A stretch of DNA of 64,000 nucleotides, taken from NCBI RefSeq assembly GCF_009914755.1, contig NC_060927.1, one strand, 5' to 3'. Shown piece by piece: positions 14,920 through 29,134 of this stretch. This DNA is from the human T2T-CHM13v2.0 reference genome, Homo sapiens. The stretch's first letter is position 1, and each line of letters opens with the position of its first letter. The position numbers and the translations under genes are program-made. The notes beneath the pieces were generated by a model, which saw only the letters and a program-made list of their open reading frames with translations, made no database searches and was not told where the DNA came from.

Positions 14920-15480
14920 AGAAGACAAGGTATTCAGGTTTATCGACACCTGCCAAATGTTCCATTCTTATTCTCAGAGTTCTACTTGTTCCAAACCAAT
15001 ACCCTAATGAAAAAGAACTGATGAGACTGTGAATTGATTTCTCTGCTAAATAATACAGCTACGAAAAAGGTTAGACTTTGGGTTTGGTTTTCACAAATGT
15101 TAGCTGTGAAACTATAACGAATTATTTCTGATCCCTGGCCTTAAACTGGAAATTTAAAGCAGTTAGTCTGTCATTTTCCTTCTTCAGGTTTTCCACTGCA
15201 CTTAGAAGATGCCAGCCCATTCCACAATTCTTGTACTGTTTTCCTCCCTTATCTTGTATTGCTACAATTACCTGTTCTCCCATAGTTTTCCTTATGTAAG
15301 TACTTAGCTATATGTGATCATTTAGCTAACTCTTTTACAACTACATGCTAAGGATAATCTGTGTTGTACTTTCCATTTTTCACTGATAATGAGACCATTA
15401 CTAAATTCAAATCTAATAAGATTAAAAAGCCAGTTCCATAGTATCATTTTTTCAGATTCTGTTAGGCCTACTCTACAAAA
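14920..15480 (-). mobile_element. decayed ERVL gag remnant
   Basis: Reverse complement tacaagaattgtggaatgggctggcatcttctaagtgcagtggaaaac (YKNCGMGWHLLSAVE), plus a NSQ...RVLV...NGNIW-like segment. Both resemble ERVL gag. Confidence 0.6.
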
Positions 15481-15631
15481 AACTTCACCAGTCAGTGTTA
15501 AGCTAGGAAAACAGAAGCACTTAATATTTTCTGAGTATAAAGGTTTAATGTCTAATTAAGGCCTTTCATGATTATTGGGAAATATTCCCAGGATAGAAAT
15601 TAGGAAGCCAGTGCCTAAATAACATTGATGT

Positions 15632-15932
<301 letters not shown>

Positions 15933-15949
15933 TCATACACTGTGTCATA

Positions 15950-16620
15950 TCAACTGCAATAAGAAAGTTTGAGATTCAAAGGAATAAATAGATCAATAGA
16001 AAAAGTACAGAGAAATATATAATGCCAGTAGGAATGACAAAATAGCATGAATGGCTGCACTAATAGAACAAATTGACTTTAATACAAAGAAAAAAGTTAC
16101 AGGAGTCAAAGACGAGGATGTTATAATAATAAAAACAATTCATCAGGAAGATCTGATGATTTCAGACCTATATTCAGGGAACAACAGAGCCCCCAAATTT
16201 ATGGATTAATAACAGACATAATGAAGGAAGAATTTAAAAATGCAACAATAAGATTTGAAAGCTTTAGTACACCAGTTTTCAGTAATAAGTAAAACGATAT
16301 AAAAATTAGCAAGTATATGTAGTATTATTGAACAAAATTATAAACAAACTAAACTCCAAGCAAGAAGAAAGAAGGAAATCATAAATATTGCAGTAGAAAT
16401 CAATAAAATAGAAAACAAATCAAAATGAACAAAACAATGAACCAAATGTTGTTTTTTTTCTTTGAAACAGATCAACATAATAGTCAAAATTGGTTGATGA
16501 AGAAAATAAGAGAGAAGATATTGTTTAATAAAATCAGGAGTAAAAGAGGCATCATCATTACTGACCTTACGATAATTGCAAGGGTTAAAATGAAATATAA
16601 ACAACTTTATGGGTATTTAA
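15950..16620 (+). mobile_element. old L1M ORF2 fragments
   Basis: A-rich L1-like text such as aacaattcatcaggaagat, aacaacagagcccccaaa and aaagaggcatcatcattactgaccttac. Confidence 0.65.
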
Positions 16621-16789
16621 TAGTGTGCAGTGGAGTGCAAAGCAAACTAAAAATGTTTTTCAGGAAACTATATTTGACATATAAGAGGCAACACTGCAGA
16701 ATATATTTTTAAAACAACAAGATTCCTTTGTGAAATATGTTTCTTCTCAACTGGCAAATATGTAGGTGAACAATACTCTCCTTAAGAAA

Positions 16790-17020
16790 ACAAGATGCAG
16801 GCTAGGAGATCAAATACTTGAGCCAAAGTAACCTAGATTGAAATCTTGCCCAATTACTTTTTTTAAGAAATGGGTTATTGAAACTATCACCTGGTTTCCC
16901 TAATTCTCAATTACTTTACTAGTAAAATAAGGATAGTAATATTGAAATAAATGAATATTAGGATTAAGAGGTAATATGTATAAAATGCTGAACATAGTGA
17001 CTGGTGCCTGAATGTTCAAT
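16790..17020 (+). mobile_element. MIR
   Basis: aacctagattgaaatcttgcc...gtaaaataaggatagtaata...aggattaagaggtaatatgtataaaatgct...gtgactgg. Confidence 0.55.
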
Positions 17021-18679
17021 AAACAATTTTGGTATTATTATATATTGTTAGAGTTTGTTTTAAGTAGAAAATTATTATGTATAAGAAAACTTGACTATTC
17101 AAGAAAGAATTTGTTAAATTAAAGCTTATTATATCATTAAAATGATCTATAAATGCAGTTTGTGTATGGGTCAAAAAAGATGATTCATTTTTCACAGCAG
17201 ATGATGAATTTAGAGGCAGAAAGCATTGCTTTAGAAAAAAGCTGTAAATTGACTCTAATTTATATTGGTAATATAGGAAGCAATATGCAAAAATATTGTT
17301 ATAACTTCTTTCACATCCATTGTGCAAGAGATAATAGTTGCTACCCAAATAAATCTTGAGAATGTGGAAGACTTGGTACTTGATGGATGATCTCATCTAT
17401 TTAAAAGATCCTCCTGCCCTCAGTTAGTTCCTCCTTTGCTTTAGAATTTCCTCAAAAGAAATGCCAATATTCTGAAAGGCTGAGGGAAGGGTGAGTGCCA
17501 ATTATAGTCCCAGTGGAGACACAAACAATTCCACTCATCAGTAAGCAAGAAGGTGAACCATTGGAGGAGCTTCTTATATTAATGCTGCAGTAAATGTGGC
17601 GAGTCCGTCACAGAATATTTCAATACATTGTGCATGTCATTTGGATTTACAAGCAACCTGCTGAGAAAGTGGAGACTACTTTCCTCTGCTGTGATTTCAG
17701 TGCATTTTAAGAAACCTTTCTAAATTATATCCCTTCCCTAAAACATTTGGTTCTGTAATACTTTTCTTAGTCCATAAAGAAACATTTTATCCTCGAATCT
17801 AAAGAAAGGCATGTATTTTCTAAGGATATAAACAGGTTCAAGGTAAAATCTGCAGATTTTGCATTAAAGAAAATCATACCTTTAGTCTTATTTTAAAAAG
17901 ACAATGAGTAAATGAGAGAGACACAGAGGGAGAGACAGAGGAGACAACCAAGTATATAACTTAACATCAAGAAATGAAAGAATAAGTAAGCATTAAATAA
18001 AACAAGACAATTGACAAATTTATTGTTCTCATTGAAGCAAAGTCGAACTATGTTCTTTAGTCTATTACAGATTTATGCTATCAATATAACTGCATATTAT
18101 TTCACAAATAATCTAACTTCTACAATAATAGTGTTTGGGGAGGAAATAGTAAATGTCACATGTTGAGTTAATGGCCTATTATAAGTCAAATTTTCTTAAA
18201 ATATGTACCCATTGTATGTGTTAATGATTTTTAATAATTTAAAGTTATATAACATAGCTGTGAACTGAAATGAAATTCTGATTGATTCTTTGTGGAAAAT
18301 TAAAGTTGCAAAACAACCTAGTAAGGCTTTTCCTCAAGAAAGAAAATACACAAACACATCTTTTAAAACAATGGGTAATTTCTGAGGGTAGGATTCCTTT
18401 TGCGCCCTAGTTTTGGCTGAGTGTGTTATAGATGTTCAATACCATCCTATTGCAGGCTTGTTGAAAGTGCACATATTGCTTTGGTTGAGAAGGCATCCTT
18501 GCATAGTAGGAAGAATACAATTTATTTCAAAGCATAATAAACATATTTATGTATAAAATAAAATGAAAGAACATCTTCAACTTGACTCACCTTGCTAATG
18601 CAAATAGTTGAGCTTGTATTTTTGCCTGCAGCACATTAACATTCACTGAAAATATTAAGTTCCCTTTATGCTTTGAGAG

Positions 18680-18920
18680 TTCACATAGCATAGTAAAGAT
18701 CATGGACATTGAGTCAAACATTGTTCAAATCCTGACAAGGTCAGTTATGAGATATATAATTTAGGGTAATCTTCTCAGTCTCTATGTGTTTCAGATTTCT
18801 TATCTATAAAATAGGAGACTCTCTACCTTAAGACTTGTTTAGAGATTAAAAACACAATCTATATAAAGTTCTTATTACTGTTTCTGGTCCTATTATAAAT
18901 GATCAAAAATAATTAGCTAT
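18680..18920 (+). mobile_element. MIR
   Basis: atagcatagtaaagatcatggacattgagtcaaac...ttcaaatcctgac...tttcttatctataaaatagg core. Confidence 0.7.
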
Positions 18921-20939
18921 TATCTTCTTTATTACTAAGAACAGAAGCTGAATATAAGTTTACTAAATATATTTTTAGTTACATTTTGGCTACTATAAGA
19001 TATTGTTCTATTCACTCTGTTATTTTATGTGTTACAAAAAGGACATAGGCTATAATCCATAAAAATAAGAATTCATATATTAAGCAATGCAACAAATACT
19101 GAACATTACAATGTTTTAAGCACTGTTAGTCACTAACAAAATAATAGTGGCAAAATAAGATTTTTCACTGTTTACTTGCATCTCATAGTATTTTATGGGA
19201 GGATTTAGGTAAACATAGGAGGGAGTTTCTATTATAGTAAGAAAATCACCACCTCACTTTTAGTTGAAAAAACATGTATATATACAAAGAGTTTCCATAT
19301 GTAGAAAACATCAACTCACTGGTCTGAGTCTACCTGTAGACTAATTATTTGGTATAGAGCTACATTCGGGTCAGATATAGAAGCTGGCAGGTTCTGTCTA
19401 GCAATTTCATACTGCCTACCTGTAAGCACTACATTTATGCTTATAGTCATTCATCTAGTGAATCAAATAGTTGTTGAGTTCTTCTCTGTGCCAAGCTCTA
19501 AGAAGCACTTTGAACCAAGGCACTGATAAGAAATTCTCATCCTTCCTCTTTGAGAGGGGTGAGGAAGTAGATATATAAACAGAACCTAAGTTTATTTATA
19601 ATAAAGGTATGAGCAAAGTTCTGTAGGAAAAAGAGAAATAAAAAGAAGTAACATTTTAGATTTTGAAGAAAATTTGAAGAATGTAAATACACGTGTAAAA
19701 CACAAAACTTATGAAACACACAGAGTCTATGTAAGAATGTTACATCTCTTAACATAAAAGCAATAGTAGAAGACACATTTGATTGAAAGTAGAATTGACA
19801 CTACAAAAATAAAGGAAAAAGAGATAAGGAACAATAACTGACTCTGGCTTATAAGAAAACAATGAATTGTAATTTTCTTTTTACTGAAAATAGTGCAAGA
19901 GAAATCTAGCCTAAGGCACCGGATTAGAAAGAATTCTCTCACGGTACTGGGATAAACTGCAGGAAGGTTATGGAATCACTATTTTTGAGTATTTGCCGGT
20001 AAAAACTAGAGATTGTTTCTTGGAAAGAGAAGGAAAATGTCATATGTATTCACATAAAATAAGCTAAATTAACCACTGGCAGAATGCTTCCAAGGCTGAG
20101 CACTAACATTCAAATTTTACTGCTATGAATGGCCACATGTAGCAGTCCATAAACTTAAAGAAAAACATACACCAAATCTGACTGTGACATTGTTATGCAC
20201 AAGATAACAATGGTACCTTCAGGTTTCCGGCATAAGATCATCTTGTTAAGCAGGGGAAAAGTCCTGATTATTAGTCAAAAGAGATAATAGGAAATTGTCT
20301 TAACAACAAATGGAAGACACATATGTTGTTCTGATGATAGATATAAACCCGTTCTGTTTCTGATGGTATTAATTCTATTCAAAGGCCACAATGACAACAT
20401 CTATCTGAGACTTTCAGCTAAGGGTTACTTATGTAATCTATTCTTTGTTAGTTATTGATTGAAAGGACATCACATATTGGACTGAATTATGGCCACTTTA
20501 AGTGTCAGGTTCCAGTTTTATAGATGCCTAAGAAATGACCCACAGAATCATTTACTTGTAGATTCATATATCATCTAACCATCAGAGAATGGATTCTGAA
20601 ACCTCTCTTATGATTGAAAGTAGTAGGATGCAAGTTCTTGTAAGAACTTGCAAAACTATAGACGGGGAAGTACTTGTAGAAAACATTTGTGTATATTTAG
20701 AAACTGGTAGCAATTTTTTTGGTTGAATAACATAGAAGTTTTAACAATTTTTCTACCTGCTTAAAAGTAACAAGTTTTATATTTACATGAGTTGTTTGGG
20801 ATTGTTACCTTTACTTTCTACAAATCCACACTGGATAAAAGTGAAATTACATAGGGAAGGAAGAAGTAAGTCAAGACTTGGGTTGAGATCTATTCTGACA
20901 AGTGTTAGGAAATAAGATCTCAATTATCTTCTAAGTGAG

Positions 20940-21413
20940 TTGGAATTTTACAAAGCCCATTAACATTCTGCCATCCCTTGGCTTGTTTGACCTCAAGTGG
21001 ATTCCTCTCTTTTCTCCTGCACAGATTAGTATCAAACAAATACTGACCTACTCAAGGCTGCATTTTCTAGACGTCTGAGTCAAGTGGCTTCTGGTTGAAT
21101 TTGGCCACGAGGAATTTAAGCAGCATCAGGTGCCATCCCTGGCAACTGCTTCCCCAAGACTGGTCTCCTGTGAGTATTGGTTCCAGTGAATAATCCAGGT
21201 TCCTGAGCTTTGAAAGCAACACTTTTTTTCTTTGTTCCTCTAGCTTAGCAATGGCAAAAAATTCCTGCTATTGCTCACCTTGGACTCTCTTTCATATTTC
21301 CCTGTTTGTTTCTTGGCTATTCCATTAACAATGTAAATGATTCCCTGAATTAAATTATGTCTTTTAAATATTCAGAGTAGCATTTGCTTTCCTGGTCTGA
21401 ATTAACTAATTAC
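20940..21413 (+). mobile_element. old ERVL-type LTR (5' LTR of the adjacent gag remnant)
   Basis: Ends ...taaatt...tgctttcctggtctgaattaactaattaca, a typical ERVL LTR end, and is followed directly by internal sequence. Confidence 0.55.
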
Positions 21414-22040
21414 ATTCTTGAAACCAGCAGTAGTCCCAAGATAAAAATCCTCAAGTTGGATTTCTGAGATGAATTGCTTGCCTGTATGAGTGGGATATTG
21501 TTAATCAATGATTTGCAGGGGTGTTATGATTATATGAATTATCACTTATGGTTGCTTGGAATAAAGTGCCAATCAAAACGAAGACTTCAGAAAATCGAGG
21601 AATAGATTCACTTGATCACTCATCATGACAATCATGATGCTTACTTAAACTGCAAGGTGGAATGACCACTTCTGCTGACACTGGAGAAATTACAGAAAAG
21701 GAAGTTCAGATCATTGAACTCCACATTCAAGGCACAGAGAGCAAGCAACAAGACAATAATAATTTAAAATAATATTTTACTTATTGAAGCTGCAGGGAAA
21801 TCATGGTTGTTAGTCCTAAAATCTAATTGCACAGGTGGCAGAATCACCAGTCAAGATGGAAATGAAATTGCACCAAGTATATTATGTAAAATGAGGGTAT
21901 TAATGGGGAAAAATCAGAACTGCAAGGCATGGGGTTGGTATATCTGTGTACTCAAGTGAGCCTGAGAACCTTTTACCCCTAAATTTCTCTGCAGCTCCTT
22001 TGGAAGCAAAAGCAGTCTCTTATTCTTCCTTCTCTGATAA
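21414..22040 (+). mobile_element. ERVL internal gag remnant
   Basis: Decayed motifs LLTLEKLQK, LIAQVAE, QVYYVK.RVLMGK and EPENL.PLN match the ERVL gag N-terminal region. Confidence 0.65.
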
Positions 22041-22044
22041 AACT

Positions 22045-25000
22045 AGAGTTATTAGTCACAGTCTATTGAAAACAGGAGGCATACTTGTGGGATTTTGAAG
22101 TCAATGTAATGAATAAACTTCTAAAGAGTGTGCCAGGTATTAAGGAGAAGGTAATATTGAGGTACCCAGCTACTCGGATCTTTGTAATTTTTTACCATCC
22201 ATGAAAAAGCAAGGAGTAAAACATTAAAGCCCAGTCTGATTTAGACCCACACAACAGGAACCCCATTTGTAGAGAGAAGCAGCAACTACAAAGATTTCAA
22301 CCCAATTGTTTTTACCATCAAACCTCCCATCTCACCTGTTACTGTCGACATTGGCCATACTCCACTAAAAGCTAGAGTTTATGGAGTCGAGGTTGAACTG
22401 TAAGGGCAAGCCTCTAAAGAAATACAGCAAGTAGCAAAGTGCAGAAAACAGCCTAAAGATGGAGAAGAACAAATAGAGACTACCAACCACATTCCACTCT
22501 TTTTTTCCAGTCTTCATCTGTTCCCAATCTTTCTCAGAGGAAAAAAAAATGCTACCATCAGCCCAGGGAAGACATACTGTCATTGAGGGATAATCTCAGT
22601 TTATCTATACTTCCCCGTGGAACCAAAAGTGTAACACAAACAATTATCTCTGTTTCTCAGATAATGTAACAGAGAATTAAAGGAAAAGAGAATGATTAGC
22701 TTAAGTCATAGTTGCTAAATTGTTCAACTGTGTGCCTGGTCACTAGGCCTAAACAAATAATTATATCATTATTCTTACAACAACCATTCCATATTCTCCT
22801 TAACCTCTGACCGCATCTCATCTGTAAAAAGCAGCACACCTTACCCTCTGATAGCATCTCTTCCTAGTAGAGTAATCCGGATATGAATTTCTTTAGGATC
22901 CATATCTTCAGTGGATCTGTCTTTATTGCATTGATGCAGTTTTCCATTGATGATTATTACTGGACATGAGAATAATTAGAGGCACCCTAGTGAATCCTCT
23001 GGATTCATCTTCCTTTGCCATTGTGGTGCAGATGCATACTATTTTTTTCTTTATGATTGGGATTAAGCACTCTGAACAAAAGACTGATCTTATTCTCTAA
23101 TCTTATTTCAGTAGCATAAGAAGCCCCAGATAGGCAGGCTGTGGTTTCAGCTTCCCATGTAATGGAACCATGACTATAATATATGTGCACCTCCTTTAGG
23201 CCATTTATACCTCCAAACCCACAAAGCCCAAGGCTGCAGGGATTAGCAGTAAATTTTCTCAGTAGATTATTCAATACATCAGTAAAAGAAGCCTGTCTTC
23301 TTCTTGGTTCCTAAATTTGTACTGGCTAAAGAGAGATTGGAATCATAGAGTACAGTGTAAGTAAGTGCAGGATGTAAGTGAAACTTCAGTGGGCTAATAC
23401 ACTCTTTTATCAACTTTTTCTCCTCTGAGTGAGAAATTGTTTTAAAACCAGTGAATCCCTTGCACATGAGCTCCTTGTTGTATTTCTGCGACTGCAAAAT
23501 AAGTTTTCTGTTTGGACTATGATGTGCAAGATAACATGGTGATAAATAAGGCATTCTGTAAATCCACTGATGAATGTTCTGGCAAAAATATTTTAGACAC
23601 GAAAGGCAAGTTTATATATACTTATTTCCATGAAGACACATTACCACCCCACATCTGCGGGAAAGGATCAAGAGTAATCTAATTGTAACATCTGTTGACA
23701 GGTTGACAGGTCGTAACCAAATTGGTCTTAAGGAGGGAAAGCTCATGTTTTTGAGACTATGCCTATCTCATATCTCTACCTGTATGTCCTCTTTATACCT
23801 GGGTCTATTGAGAAAGCAATGGAATACTTGAAGAATGAGGTTGAATAACATCAACAGGATGGTTCATCTTGTCTACCCGATTATTGATAGATACTTCTGT
23901 GATAGATACTTCTGGAAAATATCTAGTCAGTACATGAATTCTTCCTTTTTCCTCATCCTAGAACGCCCATCCATATATATCTTCCAATCCTTCTTATTGC
24001 AAATATTCTAATATTATTATTTCATTTACCAGCAAGACAAGACTTAGTCACCACCTATGAATCAATATAGATCAATACCATACATCAACTTAAAAAATGT
24101 ATGTGTAAGAGAATTACTAGATGTACTGCTTGACATTCTGCTTAAGAAAAGATTTCTCTTCTCCACTGTCTTCTACTACCTCCCTGCAAGTTGGGTTGTA
24201 ATGTAGCAACTATGCACTGCAAGATGGAACATACTACTGTGCGAATACATCTGTCAGCCAGGCCTATGCTTTTTCCTTTTCAGTTTACTCGTATGTAAGA
24301 ACTCAGTATGAGCGCCTGTGTGTGGATTAAGTAAGAAGTGGTGAAACTGTAAGAGTATTTGGGAGTTTGAGCCGTCTGCTTACGTTAATTACTTGTGCAT
24401 TCTAAAACTCTGGAGGCTGGTCCCACATATAGCATTTTTATTTTACAATGACATGCTGCTGTTAATATCCAACATAATGACTTTATGAATAATACAGGCC
24501 CAGTATGTACGGGAGGAAGAGGCATGGGCTTTGCACTCAATTGTTCAGTTGGGGCTTGGTAGAGACCCCATTCAGCATCGCTATCTGCCACACAGATTGT
24601 CTTCAGTATTAACTGTGCTGTGTCATTAGGTATAATGGCAGAGCAGCTTGAATCTCTTACTTGGTCTGCTGCAGACCCTTTTCTTGCTCTGAGTTTCACT
24701 CAAAACTGACAGCTTTATGGATTTCCCAGTAAATGAGACAGAACAGAACAATTTAAAATTCAATAAAACCCCAATGTATTACAGTTTGGCTTCTTTCTTC
24801 CCAAATGGCAATACAAGATATATTAAGTTGTCTTTCATTTTGGAGGAATAGCCCCACATTCCCCAAGCACTGGAGGAAGTCACTGATATGGCAGCCCCTA
24901 AACTTTCTCAGGCTTTACTGCTTGCACTCTGGTATAAATGTGTCTCATTAAAGTATAAAGAGAACTTACTACATCCTCTTCACCAGGTTAGTTAAATGTT

Positions 25001-25240
25001 CATATGGTTAGGGATTCTGAGCAGGATGAACATGACACATTTACTCCAACATTTCCATTTTTAAACTTTCAGACTCTTTTCTCTATATAGTATGACAGGG
25101 ACATTCTGCCATCTTAACCTCATTAACTGTAGGCCATTATTAAGCACAGGTTTTCATTAATGGACAAACCAAACTGTTAAGTTCCATCCTAGGGACTGGG
25201 GCTAACATTTTAATTCCTAAATTTCAAGTAACAGACCACA
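22045..25240 (-). mobile_element. ERVL provirus remnant: 3' LTR (~22045-22490), PPT, dUTPase-like and pol sequence
   Basis: ORF 24385..24699 contains ICVADSDAEWGLYQAP, similar to the ERVL pol motif VADRDAVWSLWQAP. A PPT-like acattccactct lies at ~22489-22500 and a MVPL.W.L dUTPase-like motif near 23160. Confidence 0.7.
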
Positions 25241-25522
25241 TATTGATACATTTAGCCTAAAACAACTTTATATACCATCTTCCTTTTTATTACATTATTA
25301 AGATCCTTTCCTATAAAGGACAGGAGGAAATTCCCTCTAATGTTAAGTAATTAAAAGTGTTTATTTAAATTAATATTTGGTTTCCTTAGATTTGGGGGAA
25401 GGTCTGATTTTGCTGGTAAGGAAGTTTCAAGGGAAATTGAGGGTTCAATTCTCTCAGCCCTTTTCAAATTTTCATCTGACATTGTTCAATTTACTCTAAG
25501 TTGGCTCGAGTCCCCACAAGGT

Positions 25523-26110
25523 CATTCATTCATTCAACAAATAATTACTAACACCTTATCTCTATAAATACATCAGTGAGAAAACAAACACACACAAATT
25601 CCTATCCTCATGTTCATATGAGTAGGAAAAGCAAATAATGTGGTAAATAAAATATAAAAGTTTGTTAGTAGTTACTTCTAAAAAGAAAATTAATACAGAA
25701 AGGGCCTCTGGATAGAACATGCCAGTGATAGTCGAATTGCAACTCAGGTAGGTGTTCAGACTGGGTTCTCACTGAGAAGGTGACATAAAAGGTGAGGGCC
25801 TTAAAGCATGAAGATGCAATCCATTTAGACTTCAGGGAACTGAGCATATCATGCGGAGAAAACCTCAAGGGTAAAGCCCTTGAAGCCGAAGTGCAACTGA
25901 CTGGCTCAGTGAACAATGAGAAAGCCAGAGTATTTGGGAGTAGTGTGAGTGTGGGGGAAGAGTCGTGAAGGGGCAGATCTAAAGAGCCTTGTAAATTATT
26001 TTAAGAACTTTGCTTTAATCTCAGCCAGCTGCAAGAGATTGAGACAGAGGTGGTTGGAGGGACTCCATGAAAGCAGAAAGTCGGGAGATTATTGCGATAA
26101 TGTAGAGTAA
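25523..26110 (-). mobile_element. L2 3' fragment
   Basis: Starts cattcattcattcaacaaata, followed by purine-rich L2 antisense text. Confidence 0.7.
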
Positions 26111-26374
26111 CCAGGTAGGCAGCTAGGTGGTTGAGGACAAAGACATTTCACTCAGTATGGGATTAAGGTTGCAGTGGAGAATTTTTCAACTAAGGGATAA
26201 CAATAGATAACCAACTCTAACATTCTCTCTAATCTCACTCCAGTCAAATTTCTACCCCCAAATCCCACTTAAACAACTCTTGTTAAGTCACCAGTGACCT
26301 GCATGTTCTCTGCCCTCTGATCTCCTCTTGTTAGATTTCAACATTGGAACAACCTCGTGTGTAGATAACAGTTA

Positions 26375-26788
<414 letters not shown>

Positions 26789-26949
26789 TCACAGCCTCCT
26801 TTAATTGTTGCTCAGCCAAACATTCTAGTATTATTCATTAGACAATTCAGATTTTGTCTTCTGAACCAACAAGAAGTAACAGTAGCTTGAACTAGAATGG
26901 TACCAGTTGGAGATAATGAACAATCCTCAAATTCTGATAATGTTTCAAA

Positions 26950-27830
26950 AGTTGAAACAGCAGGACTTTCTGGAAGATATGATGTAAAAAAAGAGAGAAC
27001 TCAAGGATCACTCTTGGGTTTTTGAGGAACTGAAAAATGGAGCTGCTACTAGGTGAAATAGGATCATTGAAAAGGGTCTCGGTGTGAAGAGTAATGCAAA
27101 GCTCAGACTTGGACTCTGAGTTTGAAATGGCTGTTGGCACCTGAGAGACAATATCTAGCAGTCTGGAGAGAAGTTTAAGCTGTAGATATAAAAGAAAATA
27201 TAGACATGGGAATTGCCAGCCTGGAGTTGGGACTTAAAACTCCATAATCAGATGACATAATTAAAAAATGAATGTAGATTTAAAAGAGAAGTCCATCAAA
27301 AAGTGGAACTCTGGGTACTCCGAAATTTAGAGATAAGGGAGATGAGGAAAATCATCAAATGACACTGAGAAGGAAAGGTCAGATATTGCAGAAAAACAAG
27401 AGAGTGGTGTTTCATAGCCAAGAGAAGAAAATATTTGAGGAAAAGAAAGGGATCACCTGGAAAAAGTTTGAGTGAAAGGTCAAGATGAAGTTGAAGAGTT
27501 GACCATTATCTTTAGAACATGCAGGTAAGACAACAAGTGTAGCTTAAGTATGGTTGTGGGGATGTAAGTCTGATAAAAGTGGGTTTAAGACAAACTGAGA
27601 GGAAGTACATTGGAGAATCCTTATTCTACCAGTTTTGTTGTAGAGAGAAGGACAGACAGATGGTATAAATAGAAATCTGGTGGCAAAATGGAGGAAAAGT
27701 TTTTTTTGTTGTTGTTTTAAAATGAAAGAATTAGTATCATTTTTTGAATGCTGAAAGGAATTTAAAGAAAGGAAAATTAATAGTGCAGGAAAGAAAGGGA
27801 AGAAATGGTGGGAAAATGTCCTAAAATAAG
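26950..27830 (-). mobile_element. L2 fragments
   Basis: tcaaggatcactcttgggttttt...aaaatggagctgcta...gagtttgaaatg...gagagaagtttaagctgtagatata. Confidence 0.65.
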
Positions 27831-27834
27831 TGAT

Positions 27835-27910
27835 GAGAGAGAGAGAGAGAGAGAGAGTTACAGATAGAGAGAGAGGGAGAGAATTACAGATAGAGAGAGA
27901 CAGAGACAGA
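27835..27910 (+). repeat. (GA)n compound microsatellite
   Basis: Direct reading; includes a duplicated ttacagatagagagaga unit. Confidence 0.9.
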
Positions 27911-28584
27911 AAGAAGAGGACATATCTTCTTTTGTGTTGGGGAGGGGGGTGAACATAATACTATTCTATGAAAATGTATTTATTACATGTCTTAAAAGTA
28001 AAGATTTTTCTATGAAACAAAATTAGACTGGAATTCATTCTTTTTCCATAAAGCAGTCCATGTGGTTTCTATGATTTTTAACCCTCCTGCTCTTATTGTC
28101 AGAGATCAATAAGAAACAGAGGGCTTAAGCAAAGAGTTTGATTGTAGGATCTATTCTTTGAGGCAAATAATACCATAATTAATGTAACCCAGTCTTCCTA
28201 CACAGGTATTCCTTTATTATGGATAAAGAAAGTTGGTAATAATTACTGTATTATTAGACAAATCCATGATTTCTTGCTCATAACATTGAAAGCTTAATGG
28301 TGTACCAAATTTCCACTTACCTCATTATCACTGGAATTCCCATCAGAGGTCCATTTTAGATTTAATTCCTTAATGTTAAATAGTTTCACAAAGGGAAGAT
28401 TCTCATATATCTTGTGGGATAGATAAAGTCTGAAGGATTTCACATGCAGTAAAAATTATTGTTTTATGAAGCACCATGTGAATTTGCCATTAGGCACTGA
28501 AGTCAACACATCTAAGGGTTTTAATCCCAGAATCTCTTCCATTCTTAATTTTATCATCATCATGTATAAAATTGATATAAGCTC

Positions 28585-29134
28585 TTAATCCAGTCTATCA
28601 TTGTTCCAAGTCTTTGCTATTGTGAATAATGCCGCAATAAAAATACGTGTGCATGTGTCTTTATAGCAGCATGATTTATAGTCATTTGGGTATATACCCA
28701 GTAATGGGATGGCTGGGTTAAATGGTATTTCTAGTTCTAGATCCCTGAGGAATTGCCACACTGACTTGGCACACATACACCATGGAATACTATGCATCCA
28801 TAAAAAATGATGAGTTCATGTCTTTTGTAGGGACATGGATGAAATTGGAAATCATCATTCTCAGTAAACTATCTCAAGAACAAAAAACCAAACACCGCAT
28901 ATTCTCACTCATAGGTGGGAATTGAACAATGAGATCACATGGACACAGGAAGGGGAATATCACACTCTGGGGACTGTGGTGGGGTGGGGGGAGGGGGGAG
29001 GGATAGCACTGGGAGATATACCTAATGCTAGATGACGAGTTAGTGGGTGCAGTGCACCAGCATGGCACATGTATACATATGTAACTAACCTGCACAATGT
29101 GCACATGTACCCTAAAACTTAAAGTATAATAAAA
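28585..29134 (+). mobile_element. L1PA2-like 5'-truncated insertion with 5' inversion
   Basis: 28585-28767 is antisense ORF2 end and 28767-29134 is the sense 3' end with GAG at the gatgacNNNttag diagnostic site. TSD aaaattgatataagctc at 28568-28584 and 29135-29151. Confidence 0.93.
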
